The notes beneath the pieces were generated by a model that saw only the letters and a program-made list of their open reading frames with translations, was not told where the DNA came from and did no database searches. A stretch of DNA of 63,885 bases, filler included, from Reclinomonas americana ATCC 50394 (taxonomy: Eukaryota): the NCBI GenBank assembly GCA_048213135.1. It is 6 parts of 3 records of this genome, joined end to end, with 100 filler letters (N's around TTAATTAATTAA, not from the genome) between each part and the next. Parts side by side here need not be neighbours in the genome. Positions count along the whole stretch, not along the records: positions 55,393 to 63,885 come from PS015504.1; 5 more parts are not named here. One strand, given 5' to 3'. A program made the position numbers and the translations under genes. Below, one piece after another: positions 61,330-63,885 of the stretch. The stretch's first letter is position 1. Every line of letters begins with the position of its first letter.

Positions 61330-63885
61330 ATGAGTGCACGCAGACCCACTCCTGCCGCCGCTCCCAGACGCGCCGTCTACGACATGGGTGATGACAGCGG
61401 CGACATTGGAGAGGACGAGGTCACGTTTGGCGACGACGACGATGGGTTTGTGCGAAACGACGACGGCGACGACGATGACGGCGACAACACCGATGATGAT
61501 TTCGTGAGTCGAGTGGCTCCTCCACGATCGGCGCTGAGCAGCAGAATGCCACACGGCACTCCTGGTGCGGCGGCGGCGGCGGCGGCGGCTTCGTCAGCGA
61601 CGGGAAGCGCGCGCGGAGCAACAGTGTTTCGTTCATCCTTGTTTGTTTGTGTGTCAGTGTCTCTTTTCCTCGCGACTAAACCCCTCGCCGGTGCTGCGCA
61701 GCGACGACCGCAATCGAGCAGGTTCGCGGCCGACCAGTGCCACCAGCAGTCGACGACGAGTGGTGATCGCCACTGGATCGGCACCATCGTCGCACAGTGC
61801 ATCGTCATCGATCGCCTTCGCTGGCGACGATCAGCAGCAGCAGCAGCAGCCTGCGTCGGCGGCAGTGGCCAGTGCAGCAGCTGGACGCACGGCGGCCGAG
61901 GTGGAGGAAATGAGCCGAGCGCTGCGTGCGCTCATTTCGGGAGAGGCGGCGGCGGCGACGGCAGCGGAGAAGAACGCCCGTGTCAAGACATCGGTGTCGG
62001 GCGCCTGGCTCGGCTCTCATCAGTACTCGAAGGACTCCCCACTGGACGGTCCGTGCGCATTCGCCTGTCCTTGTGCCGTCTCTGTCTCCTGACACCTGCT
62101 GCTGCTGCTGCTGCGCAGTTTCGGGCTTCTCAGCCAGTCGACCTCTGGCCGATCCGATGCGCGGTCGCATCAACACGGAGGGTCTGCCCGACCCAACCGC
62201 GCAGCAAGGTGCGTGTATCACTGGCTCGCAGAACGTGCTCTTGCTTCCGCTACTCACAGTCTCGGCGGTGCAGGACGATCATCGAGTCCCTCTCCCTTTC
62301 CAGGTGCTCGCCGCACCGTCACCGTGCAGTACGGTCCCGGCACTGGTGGTGCCGCCAGCCCTCCAGAACTCGATCGTTCAGCATCGGCTCCAAGCTTTAG
62401 CAGACCAGCGTCTGCATCTGGATCCTTCTCGTCCACCGTCCCTGCTGCTCTGCGCGATACGGCGCTGCAGGCGCTGCTGGAGCAGCTGGAGTTGGACGAC
62501 ACCGATGCGTCCACTGCTGTGTCGGAGGGCCACCGAAGTCGCACTGGTGAGCGTGACTCGCGAATGCGCACAGAGGGAGGGAGAGAGAGGCATATAACTC
62601 CTCACTTGTGATCTGTCACTCGCAGATCGACGCGGGTGGGCGCCTCATGTCGACGTGCTGGTGACCATGGAGGAGCTGTACTGCCAGCTGCGTGATCGTG
62701 ATGAGGGACTGGATAACTTGCTCCGTGCGGAGGAGGAACGCTGGGTGTCGGGCTTCGAGACGGAGGTGCCAGAGTTTATTCGTCAGCGGTCTCGCATATT
62801 TTCGCACTCGGATCCCTCGCAAGGCATGTTCAAGGATGTGAATCGGCTGAGTGAGGAACTCGTCCGCCGGCTGGGGTCGCTCTTTGAGGAGATTGTCAGT
62901 GTTGGCGCCAAGGTGAACGGCTCAAGAGCCGACGGTGACGGGTCGACATTTGTCGGCGACGAGGTGCGTCGGAGGAATGTTGGCAACCGAGTGTGATGAG
63001 AGACACAAAAGCGTTCTCATGTCGTCGTCACATGCACAGCGACGTTCGGAGCTCACCGAAGAGTACGAGGCGGAGTTTCGCGCACTCATGCTGCAGTTCC
63101 GACAGCGCATTGAGGTGCGGTCGAGAATCAACCAGAGTATCGCTTGGCCCGCAACTCTCTCACCTCTGCACTGCAGGGCCTTGTTCGCGATTCACCATTC
63201 GTGCTCGGCATGGAAGATCTGCGTCTCAACTACTTCCGCCACGAATTGCTCAAGCAAAGGCGACTCCTGACGCACCTGTTCGACAACCTCAATGCCGTGA
63301 AGGAGACGGAGAATCAGCTGCGGCGCGACTTGCGCAAGGCCGAACAACGCATTCAACGGCGAGACCAGGTCGGTGTTTTGCAATTGTTGCTACTCGTTGC
63401 CAGCCGCACCACCGCTCACGGATCAGTGTTGTAGGTGTTGGACGAGCTGCGACGAAAGTTCATTCAGGAGATTATCGTGTCGCGTGAGCAGTCGCTGATG
63501 GCCACGGCCAAGTCGCGCATTCAGATGCAGACGCAAATGTCCGACGTCATCAGCCTTTTAGATTGGCGCACTGTGGTGGGCGAGGACTCTGTTGGTGGCC
63601 ACGAGGAGTGTGTGCGCATGCGCACGCTTATTCTGCGGGAGAAGGAGGACTTGGAGAAAAAGTATGACCGGCTGAAGGCCGAAATGGCAGTGCTGGGCAG
63701 CGGCAATGTCGTCGCCACGGGCGATCGCCGGACGCCGGGCGACGCGTCGCACGATCATCCACGTGGACCACTGCTCAACGGGGTGCATGCCGATCAGCTG
63801 AGTGCCGTGAATCTGGTCCGGCAGGAGATGCAGCGCGAGATGGACGAACTGCGTGAGCATCATCACTTTGAGCGTCAGGTTCGCC
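61330..63885 (+). CDS. Unknown coiled-coil protein, multi-exon, runs off the window
   Basis: Acidic N-terminus, low-complexity exons, then heptad-rich exons (LNAVKETENQLRRDLRKAEQRIQRRDQ; EKEDLEKKYDRLKAEM). Confidence 0.65.

Noticed and set aside
1..63885. Alternative genetic code or stop-codon readthrough; rRNA, tRNA or transposase genes
   Set aside because: Apparent in-frame stops are removed by short GT-AG introns, and the conserved genes end in standard stop codons. I recognised no RNA gene or transposase motif.

Overview
This window is eukaryotic, not prokaryotic. It comes from a draft assembly of a GC-rich protist genome that is gene-dense and very intron-rich, with short introns full of CT/CA microsatellites. 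IFT20 implies a flagellated stage. The window concatenates several contigs, joined by N gaps and by five artificial N-TTAATTAATTAA-N linkers, and at least four small contigs sit inverted, which splits genes across strands. I reconstructed about 24 spliced genes or gene fragments by hand. They are mitochondrial thiolase, an NF1-like RasGAP, two EF-hand proteins, a PH/U-box ligase, a 2OG-Fe(II) oxygenase, a Kelch/SH3 protein, IFT20, a giant EGF-type membrane protein, a formin, DRG1, DPY30, a TVP15-like protein, AspRS, a LisH protein, a DUF1152 protein, threonine aldolase, a Spn-E/TDRD9-like DEAH helicase, two stomatins, a tandem-exon EGF protein, an intron-poor multi-TM RING-like ORF and several unknowns. 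Two observations stand out. First, an R2R3-type Myb domain splices in frame onto the N-terminus of cytosolic aspartyl-tRNA synthetase. Second, an atypical 5' splice-site class (GTTGCG/GTTGAG) is abundant and occurs almost only when the exon does not end in G. No database searches were run; family calls rest on motif recognition.
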